DNA of 64,000 nt from Podospora anserina. Taxonomy: Eukaryota. This document shows, piece by piece, positions 23,068 through 34,952 of this stretch. The stretch is from positions 3,100,001 to 3,164,000 of the forward strand of contig CM030337.1 in the NCBI GenBank assembly GCA_017654855.1, in the 5' to 3' direction. The number at the start of each line of letters is the position of its first letter. Positions within the stretch are counted from its first letter, which is position 1. The position numbers and the translations under genes are program-made. A model generated the notes under the pieces. That model did not search any database, was not told where the DNA came from, and was given only the letters and a program-made list of their open reading frames with translations.

Positions 23068-24105
23068 TCACGTGCCTCTGTGCAACGCGGCTGGCTGGCC
23101 GGCTGGCGGGGTGCCATGTGCACTTTCCAGCTCCCTTGGAGCAATCTCAGGACCGGGAGCTTCCGCCCTGCCCTCTATATCCCATCGGTCACTGCTCAAC
23201 TCGGCTGGCGCTTGCGTCTGTCCAAGTTCGTAAGTCGTCATTTGTGACTCCTTCATACCGTGGTGCAACTGTTGTTCGGGCTGGCCGGAGTAATAGTATT
23301 TCTCTCCAGGCCCAGAAACGACGGGTCCGGGCGGAGGTGTCCCTGCCTCAGTGACAGGTAATTCTGCTGTTGAGTCGGTACCGCTGCGGGCCAATCCACG
23401 ACGCTTCGTCCTCCAAAGCAAAAAGGCGCCAACCACGATGGCAATTGCCACCGCAACAGCACCGACCGCAATGCCGGCTATCGCTCCACTCGAGATGCCA
23501 CCGCTGGAAGGCTCCTCGGGCGCTGATGTGTTGGTCGGTCCTGGGTCCGAGGAAATAGCTGACGAGGGAAGGTCTGAGGGCTTCCATGCGAGCTGGATCA
23601 TGGGTGCATAAATATACGCCTGGGACCAGTTCTTGTTGGGGAGAGTCATCGGAGCTAGATTGATCTGGCTTCCGCTCTCGCATTGATATGTCGAAATGGT
23701 GGTGGCTCGAGCATTCGAGATGCAGGTTTGGCCGTTCTCGTTGTGGCACGCATAGCCCTCTGGGCAGCAGCCCACAAAGGTCTCTTCTGGCTCCATCCGG
23801 TACTGTACGCGCCAACCCTGAGAGGTGGCGCTGGCGGTGCATGCCGACACATAGCCCGCCGGGCAGTGAAGGCCGGGCGAGTAAAATCCCCAGCCGTAGA
23901 AGGCCGAGTTGGTTCTCGGAGCGTCTGTTGTCGTCGGCGGCCAGCAGTCGGCGTTATCCTGGACGTCTTCCGGCCCGCACCTCTGGCCCAACCAGCCCAC
24001 GTTGAACACGGTGTGATGGGCCGGTGTCCAGCATGCTTCCGGAGCTGTGAAGGTCGTGGTCAGATGACCGAGGATCTTTCGGGCTTCGTCGGTAAAGATT
24101 GACAT
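23068..24105 (-). CDS. Single-pass membrane protein (Cys-rich ectodomain, Ser/Thr/Pro linker, Mid2-like TM)
   Basis: LTTTFTAPEAC...FYSPGLHCPAGY...CCPEGYAC; TM GAIAGIAVGAVAVAIAIVVGAFLLW followed by RTKRR; ELP/EL repeats in the tail. Confidence 0.85.
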   Translation of the reverse strand: MSIFTDEARKILGHLTTTFTAPEACWTPAHHTVFNVGWLGQRCGPEDVQDNADCWPPTTTDAPRTNSAFYGWGFYSPGLHCPAGYVSACTASATSQGWRVQYRMEPEETFVGCCPEGYACHNENGQTCISNARATTISTYQCESGSQINLAPMTLPNKNWSQAYIYAPMIQLAWKPSDLPSSAISSDPGPTNTSAPEEPSSGGISSGAIAGIAVGAVAVAIAIVVGAFLLWRTKRRGLARSGTDSTAELPVTEAGTPPPGPVVSGPGEKYYYSGQPEQQLHHGMKESQMTTYELGQTQAPAELSSDRWDIEGRAEAPGPEIAPRELESAHGTPPAGQPAALHRGT

Positions 24106-25511
24106 CCTGTCTTGCTGCGAACTCGGACTTGTTGGTTCGGGGGATGAAGTGTTGTTTTGTCGTCGTCGAGTTGAAGACAAAAGAAACTGGGAACGCAATA
24201 CCGGTCGTCTTTGGGAGCCACTCCGCTTTTCATGGCGCGAGATTCAGCGGCCGGGAAGTCTAGCGAAGCGGCCAAGCCCGTAGGTCGTCAGGGTGGTCAA
24301 GTCTACGCTGGTCGAGACAGGGACCACATATCCAAGCTGTTGTTTATCGATTGGTTGGCGAGTCTGCACCCTTGCTAGTGTTTATCAGTCCATCCCGCTG
24401 ATTCGATCATTGAACCCGAGACCGCCACAGGGTGACCCGTCCGTGCATTTTAAGGTCGGCGGGCACGTGGGCTCGACGGGTACCCGGGATCGAGGCCCGG
24501 CGATGGCATAGTGCGCCTTCCAGCAGTAAGGATCCTGGTATGATCAACGAGGCGAAGATAGCAGCTTTTTTTCCACCTCCAGTGCAGGCCAGAGCCTCAG
24601 AGGCCTAGACCCTAGGTTTAGGGCGGCGCTGCAACGAAATGATGTCTCATAAGTTTTAAGATCGCCTGGGTTCCGGTAGTCAGTTGGCGCGGTAAATAAA
24701 AAAATGCAACCCTGAGATCCCCAAACTTGTTCCCCAGACACATGGCCCCCACGGCCGGCGCCGCGCCGGCTTCCCTTCTGGCCCACAAACACGCAATCCA
24801 GCCATCAAGAAACTCTTGTACAATCTGCGCAACATTGACAAAGCCTCTGCGATTGAAAAGGCTCCCAAGGGTAACGACAGCGAGGCCCCTTTCATCACCG
24901 CTTTTCCAAGATCAAGAAAGCCATACTCTGCAGGGCTTGGTGCTTCCACATCTTCTTATTTTAGAAGCCTCCATCGAAAAAAAAAGCTTGACTCGAGCCT
25001 GCTCGCTAAAGACATCGCTTAAAGTGAGCGATGTGACCAGCATTGGTGGAGGGGTCAAACCAGGATCGCCGATTGAAGGAAGTTCACCGCTCGAGGTCCA
25101 TAGCGAAAACTTGAGCAAATTCTGCATAGCTTGTGCAAGGATGCAGATATGCCGGAACCGGAAGTGCCATCGTCAACGGCGAGAACGCGGACGGGTTGTT
25201 CGTCGGTTGCTCAGGAAGTAAAGTAAACAAATCCGGGAAGGAGATGTATCTACTGCTCAGGGGTCACTCCTGTGTCGACGAAACCCTAACCCAGGCAACA
25301 CCAGCCAACAGCACCAACACAACACCAATTGCATCGTCCCAACAGCCAACCGCATCCACGCAAAACCCTGTGACACAGGGTTGATCCTTCCCAACCAACA
25401 GCCCTGAAAGATTCCGCCACTGTCACTTAACCAGCAACTCCCCCCCCGGTGGCGCTGTCGAATTGTTTACACACTCTTTCACTCATTGCCGTCAAGAAAA
25501 TTACCACCAAA

Positions 25512-26063
25512 ATGACACGCTCAATCCTCCCAACCTTCCCGCTCATCATCCTCGGCGTGATCGAGCCACTGATGCTGTACGTCCCCCATTCTACCCACCC
25601 CTCTAATTGCCCAAATCACTCACAATTCCCCAGCCTCGAAGCTTACCGTGTCGGCATCATCAACCCTGGCGCCCAGCACTACTTCACCCGTCAACTCCCG
25701 CCCGACTTGCTCTACACCACCAAGACTACTCAGCCTCCCGAGTTCTCTCCCCAGGCCGAAACGGTCACCCTCCAGCTGGTCAACGTCTTCCTCCTCCTCG
25801 CGGGCTTGGCTGTCGTGTGCTGCTTCAGCAAGGATAAATGGACCGTCAAGGGCTACTGCGTCGTGGTCGGGCTGGCGGATTATGGCCATATCTGGTCCAT
25901 CTACAAGGGTTTGGGCGCCGAGGCGTTTTGGGAGTTTGGCAAATGGAACGACTTGGTTTGGGGCGGGGTGTTGGCGTCCGCGTTGTTGAATTTGGTGAGG
26001 TGGGGGGTTGTGTTTGATGCTTTCGGGAGGTTGAAAGATGGGAAGAAGGTGAAGACGAAGTGA
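25512..26063 (+). CDS. Small fungal integral membrane protein of unknown function
   Basis: ATG 25512; probable in-frame intron 25577-25633; four hydrophobic segments; LADYGHIW motif. Confidence 0.75.
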   Translation: MTRSILPTFPLIILGVIEPLMLYVPHSTHPSNCPNHSQFPSLEAYRVGIINPGAQHYFTRQLPPDLLYTTKTTQPPEFSPQAETVTLQLVNVFLLLAGLAVVCCFSKDKWTVKGYCVVVGLADYGHIWSIYKGLGAEAFWEFGKWNDLVWGGVLASALLNLVRWGVVFDAFGRLKDGKKVKTK

Positions 26064-26407
26064 TTGAGAGCTGGGGGCGGTGGAATCATTTGACGCTATG
26101 GTCTGGTCGTCAGAGGTAGCTTAAAGTCAAGAAACCAAGCAATGAGTTGTCCTCGGACTTCACAAATTGTCTGGTGCTCAGCCATTGATTTGCGATATCT
26201 CGGATCCCATTGTTACCTCAATGTCACCAGGCAGTCGGCTCGGTGATGCTCGGACAAAGGCCGACAGGGGTATCGGAGGTACGTACCTCCGACCATTCCG
26301 TAATCAACAACTTTATCTTGACTTCATGTCAGCCTCAACTCCCATGTTTTTTGCCTTTTTGCCTTGCATCGTTCATCATACCATTCATACTAGTTAGTAC
26401 ATCCAGA

Positions 26408-28309
26408 ATGGCAACGCAGACACAAACCGTTATCGTTGCACCCCAATCTGCACACACCAACCCCTCCAACAACAACCTCATCACACTTTCCAGCCCTAAA
26501 GGACCACCTGAGAATGATAGCCACCCCGACGTTTCCATGTCCAAGCGGGACATCACCCTCCTCCTAACACCCCTCTGCCTTTCTGTTCTCTTGTCTTCTC
26601 TCGACCTGACGATCCTCACCCCCTCCATTCCCTCCATCGTGGCCGACTTTGCCTCCCCACAAGGCTACATCTGGATCGGCTCTTCCTTCATCCTCGCCCA
26701 CACAGCCAGCACACCCATCTGGGGCGCAGTGTCCGACATCTTTGGCCGCAAACCCATCATGCTTTTATCACAGGCCATCTTCTTCTTCGCAAGCTTGCTA
26801 TGCGCCCTAGCAGAGAACTTGCACTCCCTAATCATCGGAAGAGCATGGCAAGGGGTAGGCGCGAGTGGGATGGGGATGATGGTCAATGTGATAATTTGTG
26901 ACTCGTTCAGCTTGAGAGATAGGGGGTTGTATCTCGCGGTAACAAGCGGGGTGTGGGCGTTGGGGAGTGCGATTGGGCCGGTGATAGGTGGTGTGATGAG
27001 CACCAGGTTGAGTTGGAGGTGGTGTTTTTGGATAAACCGTCAGTTTTGTCACTTGGGCTTTCTTCCTCCACAGAATCACACTAACAAATCCATAGTTCCC
27101 ATCGGTTTTCTAGTTTTCTTCACCATCCTCATCTTCCTTCCACTCCCATCACCGCCCAAGACCCAGATCCTGACCGGGCTCAAAGCTCTGGACTGGTCTG
27201 GCTCGCTCCTCATTATCGGTAGTGCCCTGATGATCCTCCTGGCCCTCGACTTCGGCAATGTAGTACTAGCCTGGTCTTCCCCCACAGTCATCAACCTCCT
27301 CGTCTTTGGCGTCCTGACCCTGTTCCTCTTCTTCTTCAACGAGTGGAAGTTAGCCCCCAACCCAATATTCCCCGCAAGGTTATTCCCCAATCTCTCCACC
27401 ATCGCTGCCTACGGCGTCTTCGCCTTCGACTCGTTCGTTTTCATTGGACTGGCGTATTATCTCCCTCTCTATTCCCAATCCGTGCTTGGAGCCAATGCGC
27501 TCACGTCGGGAGTCCACCTTGTCCCATTGATCGTCTCGTGTTCTTTATCGGCGGCGTTTGCGGGGGTGGCTATCCAAAAGACGGGGAGGTATCTCCCTGT
27601 TATGTATGCCGCGCAGGTCTTCCTCATGCTTGGAGTGGGGTTGTTCGTCAGCCTTGACTTTGCGGAGCCAGATAATCTCGGGAAGTTGTTCGGGTACGAG
27701 ATTCTGGCTGGAGTAGGAGTGGGTATGAACATCGAGGGGCCGATTCTGGCTGCGCAGGCGGCGGCGAGCGAGCTTGATACTGCGGCGGTGATTGCGGCGA
27801 TGGGGTTTGCGAGGTCGATGGCGACTGCGGTGTCGATTGTCGTTGGGGGAGTGATCTTTCAGAATGGAATGGACGGGCGGAACCGTGGTCTGGTTGAGAA
27901 ATTGGGAGGTGATATCGCTAATTGGTTTGGAGGGGGAGAAGCGGCCGGGAGTATCGAGAGGATTGGATTGCTTGGTGAGCAGCAACAGCAGTTTGTGAGG
28001 GGCGCATATTTTGAGTCACTGAGGTTGGTTTGGATCATGGTATGTGGTTTTTTATCTGTTTGTTGGTGTTTGGGAATTGATCAGCTGACAAATGAACAGT
28101 ATGTCGCGTTTGCTGGCCTTGCCACTGTCCTCACTTTGTTGGTTAGAGGGCAAAGGTTGAGCAAAGAGCACAAAGACGTCGTTTTGGGTGTGGAAAGAGG
28201 TCGGACTACGCAGGGGCAGCTACCGGTACAACTGGGACCTGTGCCTGAAGTTAGATCGGGAGAGGGGAGTGCGGCGGAAATCAGGCTGCGGAGGGCTGCA
28301 GACATATGA
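26408..28309 (+). CDS. MFS drug:H+ antiporter (DHA2/14-TM) efflux pump
   Basis: LSSLDLTIL, WIGSSFIL, SDIFGRKP, LIIGRAWQGVG, WRWCFWIN(LP); in-frame introns 27039-27095 and 28040-28099. Confidence 0.92.
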   Translation: MATQTQTVIVAPQSAHTNPSNNNLITLSSPKGPPENDSHPDVSMSKRDITLLLTPLCLSVLLSSLDLTILTPSIPSIVADFASPQGYIWIGSSFILAHTASTPIWGAVSDIFGRKPIMLLSQAIFFFASLLCALAENLHSLIIGRAWQGVGASGMGMMVNVIICDSFSLRDRGLYLAVTSGVWALGSAIGPVIGGVMSTRLSWRWCFWINRQFCHLGFLPPQNHTNKSIVPIGFLVFFTILIFLPLPSPPKTQILTGLKALDWSGSLLIIGSALMILLALDFGNVVLAWSSPTVINLLVFGVLTLFLFFFNEWKLAPNPIFPARLFPNLSTIAAYGVFAFDSFVFIGLAYYLPLYSQSVLGANALTSGVHLVPLIVSCSLSAAFAGVAIQKTGRYLPVMYAAQVFLMLGVGLFVSLDFAEPDNLGKLFGYEILAGVGVGMNIEGPILAAQAAASELDTAAVIAAMGFARSMATAVSIVVGGVIFQNGMDGRNRGLVEKLGGDIANWFGGGEAAGSIERIGLLGEQQQQFVRGAYFESLRLVWIMVCGFLSVCWCLGIDQLTNEQYVAFAGLATVLTLLVRGQRLSKEHKDVVLGVERGRTTQGQLPVQLGPVPEVRSGEGSAAEIRLRRAADI

Positions 28310-29322
28310 TGAGGCTCTGGAGGTGGTACGCTCTTCACAATACCTCAGAGGCCCCGGGCTTTGAATTGGGTAGAAGCCGCAGCCGCCTGAGAGAGCATGG
28401 GAGCAAATCATCAGCCAATCGGAGTGGTTTTTGCATTGGTGGGTCGATTTGACCGGCCTGCTGGGCTCTGTCAAGTCGTCATCCGTCCAACAATTGCCAG
28501 CTGAGCTTTCTGATGTACCACGTCAGATCATTTTGCAGCATCATCATTCTCTTTTGCAGTGAATGTCACAGATCTGTAATATTGTTACAGTTGGATATTT
28601 GACAGTCATGACTCGAGGCTCGGCCTCGGGATTACCCTCCATTTCTGGCACGGTCACTCTGTGGGTAAGATTCGTGATTGTATAAAGCTAGCTTCACCTT
28701 TTTGACGCTCCGTGTCCTTCCTGTCCCATCCATTTAATTACCTACCATACCTTCATCAACAAATATTCGACTCTCTTAATGAAATGTGTTCAAGGTCCAT
28801 CATTCCAATAACTTGCGTATATACTACATCATGCCTCACTAATGTGGAAGGAGGTAGGTGAGCTCCTTCCCTCCATGGAGGTCCCACTTCGGCAAGCGGG
28901 CGTGTTCTCTTGTTCTGTTGAATAGGGAAATGGCCCTCACAACTTCATTGAATTCCTCTGGTTAGGCACGCATCATCAACGAACACCCACTTTTCTTCTC
29001 CAACAGCCTCCCTGGATAGAGGGTAGCTAGCGGCAGATGACTAAGTCCGCTGATGCATGATTTGTTTCGAGCTGTTTTAGGATCAACTTCCATCACTCAA
29101 ACTTTCAACCTTTTGACCTTTTGACTTTCCAGAAAGTCCATTCAATCCTGTTCGTCTGAGTCACATCTCAGCTAAACACGAGGTTACATTGCCTCACCGC
29201 GGTTGCTATCCCTTGTTTACCGTGCAGGACTGCCTCAGAATGACTGGATCCTTCGTTGAAAGAGGTTCATTAGTACCGGATGTTTTTGCTAATGTATTTT
29301 CATTTATCCAGATGGACAAGAT

Positions 29323-30288
29323 ATGCTTTCGTTAAAGAAATACCGGACGCCGATAAAAAGGACATTGGACGACCTTCAAACCGACGAAGCCCAAGTCGGA
29401 ATCAGACAGGCCAAATCAGATGATCTTAGTAAAAAATACCCTTTTCTACTCCGGGATGGCAAAGAGGACGAAGGACCGATATTTTATCCGATGCCTCCAA
29501 GCCCAAACTTCCTGCAGCTATTTTCGAATCACTACCCGAAGCTGTTAGCCCGAATCGAAGACCAGCAAATGAATCGGGAGGCTGCACTGGCATATGCTGC
29601 CTATATTGAAGCATTGCCACGGAAAGAAGGAGACATTGTTCGGTTGATCTATGGCATGGATGGTTCAGCCACATTGCAGTTCGACTGGGAACCCGTCCCA
29701 GGCTCCTTTGCTATATGTCTAGATGCAAGGATAGACGACGGACATTTTGTTGGAAAATCACAGGGGTTCTTTATCGATGAGGTCCCATCAATCCACTGGG
29801 CCGAGCTCATGGGAATCACTGAAGCAGTGCATCAGACCGTTCTTCGCCGCCGTAAGGCTATACCGTCCCGGGGTGAGCTGTACATACTCACTGACAGCGC
29901 TCAAGTTCTCGAGTATTTGCAACGATATCCACACGAAGTCCCGGTTAACAAGCTGGCAATGGCGCCGGTGTACGATTATTTGGTGAAGCTATCAGAAGAG
30001 CTGGATAAGATGGGATGGGTGTTTACGATTGCTTGGGTGCCTGGGCACCGTCACCAAATCAGATGTCACATCAAAAGTGATAGAAAGGCAAGAAAAACCA
30101 GAAGGGAAGGTTTTAAAACCATTAAGAAGCTACTCGACTGGCCTGACACAATCCCAACACCACTGGCTATGTCGGATGCTACCTATTTTGCGCCGATGAC
30201 GCATAGTTCGATATGGCCTTCCTGCATGCCAGGAGCATGGAGGCTATCCGCAATTTACCACCGCTTTTGCATATATGGATCTTTTTAA
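29323..30288 (+). CDS. RNase H-fold family paralog 2 (complete acidic core; C-terminal segment out of frame to 30403)
   Basis: YGMDGS, WAELMGITEA, YILTDSAQVL, AWVPGH, HIKSD equal the RNase HI-type D-E-D-H-D set. Branch site plus acceptor ending at 29311; possible exon 1 at 29240-29264 with a weak GTTCAT donor. May be a recent pseudogene. Confidence 0.8.
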   Translation: MLSLKKYRTPIKRTLDDLQTDEAQVGIRQAKSDDLSKKYPFLLRDGKEDEGPIFYPMPPSPNFLQLFSNHYPKLLARIEDQQMNREAALAYAAYIEALPRKEGDIVRLIYGMDGSATLQFDWEPVPGSFAICLDARIDDGHFVGKSQGFFIDEVPSIHWAELMGITEAVHQTVLRRRKAIPSRGELYILTDSAQVLEYLQRYPHEVPVNKLAMAPVYDYLVKLSEELDKMGWVFTIAWVPGHRHQIRCHIKSDRKARKTRREGFKTIKKLLDWPDTIPTPLAMSDATYFAPMTHSSIWPSCMPGAWRLSAIYHRFCIYGSF

Positions 30289-30299
30289 GCCATCAGAGA

Positions 30300-31560
30300 C
30301 GTATAATATCCTGTACTAGTTTTACATTAATGCGGTTGAGGGTGGGGTAGAGACGCCCAAGGAAATTCGAATTAGGGGGGAAGAGCTACTAAGAATCAGA
30401 TGAGAGGTGCTTTAGAGTCGGGGCTGGAAACTGAAGCCTGAGGGAGCTGGAAGTATAAAGACTCCATAGGAAGGTGGAAGCAAATTATGTTAGGGGCAGC
30501 TAAGAGTTTTAACGGGATCCCAAACGTCTACCTAGGATAGGTATGTCTTAGTAGTTAGGGAAATTGAAGATCGGCCACCTTCCCGAATGGACCGGATAAA
30601 CTTTTGTTAAGTATCCGTCTATTACTATCTTTAACTTTTGTCTTTAACTGATTTAATAACTAATAGTACTAGCATTAAACCCAATCCCGTCTTGGGAGTG
30701 GAAATAACTCTGGACTTTCTTTAAAGGGTTAATATTTTATATTTGTAAATCACGGAAGATACTAACCTAATCATCAATGATGGCCAACCCCTCCTGTTAT
30801 AACTTAATAACCTCACTGCCCGATAAATAACCACTTGCTAAGCTTCCATCATAGTTTTCAAAGGTAAAATGCTAAATAATCTTTTAAACTCTTCCAAGAG
30901 GTGACCGGAAATTTTCCGGAAGGGAAAGTATAGTGCATTTGCAATATGCCTATCTAAACTTCGAGGACACCGGGGATTATTTTTTATAAAGGCACTATCT
31001 TGAGAGTAGATTGAGGTGATGTCAATGGGTGACCCTGGGCACCAGTAGGTTCTTGTTTTGCGGTTAACTATTCCGTCGGTCGAGGTCAACTCTACATAGG
31101 GATTCAGAAATTGTGGTAATATCCTACGTTTTCGGAAGAGGGATCCTAACTACACACCTTATCACTAAGGTAGTTGATCTTAATACCGGTCTATAGGTAC
31201 CTAGTGTCTCTCTCGAGGAGTTGGGCTAAAGAGGATTCGAGCTGATAATTTCCTGGATACCAGGATATAATTACCAGATTATTATTGCACTCCCCTCCAC
31301 TGCTGTTGGCAACCAACTCGCTCTTTACACCATTTAGATATCAGCCTTAGCATTATAGTACTTGAAGGCTTCTCACTTTACGCCCCGCTACCTTCTTGAA
31401 ACACAAATAGACTTGGGGAACTGTCTATGTAATCTTAGAGACGGTACCTAAGGGTGTATGATGTAAGTACATATGCTCCTGCAAAGCCTTTTGTATGCTC
31501 AGAATAGACATCTCTTGATGATTTAAATCGAGCATTTCACGTACCAAATAGCTATTTACA
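30300..31560. other. AT-rich, TpA-enriched degenerate block consistent with RIP
   Basis: For example TATTACTATCTTTAACTTTTGTCTTTAACTGATTTAATAACTAATAGTACTAGCATTAAA (about 30620-30680); no credible long ORF. Judged by eye. Confidence 0.6.
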
Positions 31561-32355
31561 GTATTGATAGGTAATCTGTGCTAGATGGAAGCGATTTGTC
31601 TCTCAGGGAACTGGACAAGTAGATGCGGGTATTGTTAGAGGAGGTCCTGTTTTTGAAATAAGGAAGTGCAGACCTACGCCAGAGGAACTCTCGATAACAG
31701 CAGCCCTGACTATGTTGTCGACAATGGAATTGAGCGCGCCTTCTAGTTTTGCGTGGACAAAATTTTATAACCACAAACACTCCCTCTTTCAAACAGCTGT
31801 TTTTCTTTGCAACGCAGTCAACCAAAATAAACCAAGAGATCGAAGAAAATGGGTAAGCAACTAATTCATTTTCGATACAGACTCCTCGCCAGTAAGCGTT
31901 CGACTACGCTACCAGCAAGCGTTAATTACAACGACGGTACTCGCTCAGATGACATCAGCTACGCTTCGAGGCGCTCAGGACTGCTTGTTTTATTCGCTCG
32001 GCGACAAGCCGTAACCTATCCGAGCTTTTGCATATGTTAGTATTTGTTGCTAACATTCTATTTTTGAAAGCTACTCCTTACATACAAATACCGGCGGACC
32101 TTAAACCCCCATGGAAATGTAAAATCGAAGATGTCGAGAGATGAGGCTGGTCCTGCCATTCTTGAAGATATGGACAGCTATTTCCTGTCCAAGCGCTTTA
32201 AGAGAAGCAATAAGGGTGATGTCCGCTTGTTATGGTGTCTGGAAATGTGCCGAGCACATCATCCTAATAGCCATGTGCTAGGCGGAACAACCGTTGGATA
32301 GCCAATAAACTGCTGACCGAAAGCTCCTTGTCCCAGGTACGGTTCTCCACTGGCA

Positions 32356-32815
32356 CTCTGATGGATTAGACAGTGACGACGTGACATTAGGCTTGGATGG
32401 TCTGCCTTGAACTCTTGCACGGCCCTGGTACCGCTTGCTTCCAAGACAGGCCATATCGAATTGATCTTGAGGGTCTTCAGCGTAGCAGAGGTCGGAGAGG
32501 AAATTGTGTTCTCGCCATCTCAGCTTCATCCAGGCCCTTCCTGATAGCCAGCACTTCCAGTCGCTGAAACTCTACTCAGCTTCGCTTGAAGCACTCAGAC
32601 TTGTCCGTTTGCGAGCGAACAAATTTGTTCCGAAGCAAGCCTCCTCTTGCCTGCAACCAAAGACTTTCGAAACCCGGTTCTGGATATTGAACAATGCAAA
32701 CGCCATTAGCGCAGTAAGCAGCATATTAAACTGCACTGTTGATCGCATAAACTATGTTGATGAGGATATCTCCGACCCTGGTAAGCGCGTCGATCTGAGA
32801 GGGGTCGGCAAATGT
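32356..32815 (-). pseudogene. RNase H-fold family paralog 4, heavily degraded
   Basis: Minus-strand fragments in order: IDALTRVGDILINIVYAINSA*, AFAL, FQRLEVLAIRKGL, NSIWPVLEASGTRAVQEFKADHP, LSNPSE. They align to paralog motifs IEALPRKEGDIVRLIYGMDGSA, AFAV, IQWLELMAITEAV, NSIWPILHAR..AVEDF, LFKPSE. Confidence 0.7.
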
Positions 32816-33361
32816 GCTATCGAGACCAATCTGTCGGTTACATCCTCACCAATAATAGTTAGACCTGGTCCCAATGCCTAGGGTACCGCCGTGTGATTGT
32901 GCTAGGCGGAGAGATCTTCGGTAGGCACTATTTTCACTCTGGTCGCCGTCGGTGAATGGCTGACTTAACTTATGCATTCTGCTTCCACTGCTGCGCCTGT
33001 AGATCTTCTACAGGCCTCTCGGGTTGTGTAGCACTAGAGACCATTTAGGCTGACAGAGAAATACTGACGCCTGAAAATCCCGTGTCTATCAATGCCGGGC
33101 GAGGTTAGACAGTGTCACTTTTCTTGCTGAGCACCGCCGGACGCTGTCTTTGAATGGTGTAAGCGATGATCATGACCATATTGCAAAGAGCGTCAAAAAC
33201 ACCGAAGAAGGCCAGGCAGCAGCACACTGTTGAGCTTTCAGTCAGCATAAATACTGGCCAAGTCCACACCCTTCCATTCTCACCCAGCACCCCTCATCAC
33301 TTTCACCGACGGTGCCATCTGCATACCTACCTCTTCGCATTCTACCCACCCATCATTCACC

Positions 33362-33931
33362 ATGAAACCCTCCACCGCCTTCGCCCTCGCCGCCCTCTGC
33401 ATCAAGAGTTGCGTGGCCGACTTCTGGATCTACGAGGCTGGCGGATTTGGCGACATTGTCCCTGTCACGTACTTCCGTTTCTACCACGACCCTCCCAAGT
33501 GCGGTACAACCGGCAATAACAACGGACAAAACTATCTCCCATACGATGATGTCAGCAAGAGAAAGGTAAATGTCTCGTCTCTGTGGCCGACTGTGAAGAT
33601 GTATTGACTGACGATAACTTCAGGGCATTGCCTGTGACGGGAACGGTTGCGAGGGTGGAAACCCCAACGAGATCACCCGTTTTGAGATGAATGTGGACTG
33701 GGGACACTACAGTACGTCGCTGCCGTCCAACCATGAGTGCTACTGGGCGATTTCTGACATGACTTGTTTGCAGCTATTTACAAGGACCGTGGCTACAGGA
33801 TGTACGACAAGAAGAACAACGTTGTGGGGCAGTGTCGTCCTGATAGATCCAAGAGCTATCTTTGTGTTGGCACCGGGCTTCCTGATGGGGCTAGTGTCTT
33901 CCACTGCACTACGTCTGTTGACAAGTTCTGA
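33362..33931 (+). CDS. Small secreted cysteine-containing protein (about 150 aa, effector-like)
   Basis: Signal MKPSTAFALAALCIKSCVA; introns 33566-33623 and 33712-33773 give ...PPKC...GIACDGNGC...HYTIYKDRGYRMYD...GQC...YLC...FHC...KF*; six Cys in the mature part. Confidence 0.85.
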
Positions 33932-34952
33932 CAGGAACGATGAGGTTGGGCAGGACATGTGAGAAGGGTTTTGAAACTGGCGTGATGGCCTGAATGTGAA
34001 AGGGAATTTGAACAGTTGTTGTTGTTTTAAGTATTAGTCGACGGGAACCTGTAAGCAAAGAAAATGAGAAACAACAAAAATAGCACTGCCTTGAAATATC
34101 GGTTCGTTTTTGATTGACTGCTCAGTTTGAAGAAAAATCTTGAAGACGCAGACAAGCCGTTAGAGTGACAAGTTGACTCGATCAAATAGCCATCGTGGCC
34201 AGGGTTGAATTTGTGAGACGCAGCGAGTGATTACGTTGCATCTTCGAGGGTTGGGCTGGTCCCTGCGCTAGGTACCTGAGTGCAAGGACCGAGGAGCAAT
34301 ACAACAATAAGCAACCAGTCAGTGGTGCAATTAGCAGAGGTGTTGGCTTTCACACTGGGGTCCCGGAGCTACTCGTTCTTGGAACATACTGGGGAATGCT
34401 CTGCAGAGAACAGTGAAGCCTGGGATCACATGGGGCGACCAACGCAAGGTCCTCTTGGAGGCAGAAATTGCTTGTTTTTTGGGTGACCTTTTCTATAGGA
34501 TCTGCACTTCTTTCCCTTCAAACCCAAAACCCTCATAATGCAACCGATGCAAGAGTTGTTACATGTTGACATTGTGTAATATGCATCATTCAACATGTGA
34601 GGAGCATCGTGACAAACTTGGGGCACAGGAGGCCGACGGTTCAATTCCGAAGTCAAGCACCATTTTGTCACGCCCTTGGGCAACATGTCCCCCACTGATA
34701 TGCCCTTTATAACCTCTGTAAACTGTGCTCCTTGGTCGGGATATTTTCCAGAAGCAACATGGAGGCCACTGCCTTCCATCTCATCATTTCATGCACATGG
34801 CTGTCACGTCGTAGGGGAGGTTTTCAACTCGACGAGGCAACCGCATCAAGGCCGGTTAGCTATGCTTACAAGCATTCTCGTTACATAGTCTACAGAAATC
34901 AAAGTTCGGCGTATCTCCCAGGTGCCCGTGTGTATCCGTGAGTAGTCCTTCT

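Noticed and set aside
24650-25384. Short overlapping ORFs ending in a Thr/Pro/Gln-rich tail
   Set aside because: No consistent start, splice pattern or domain; left unannotated.
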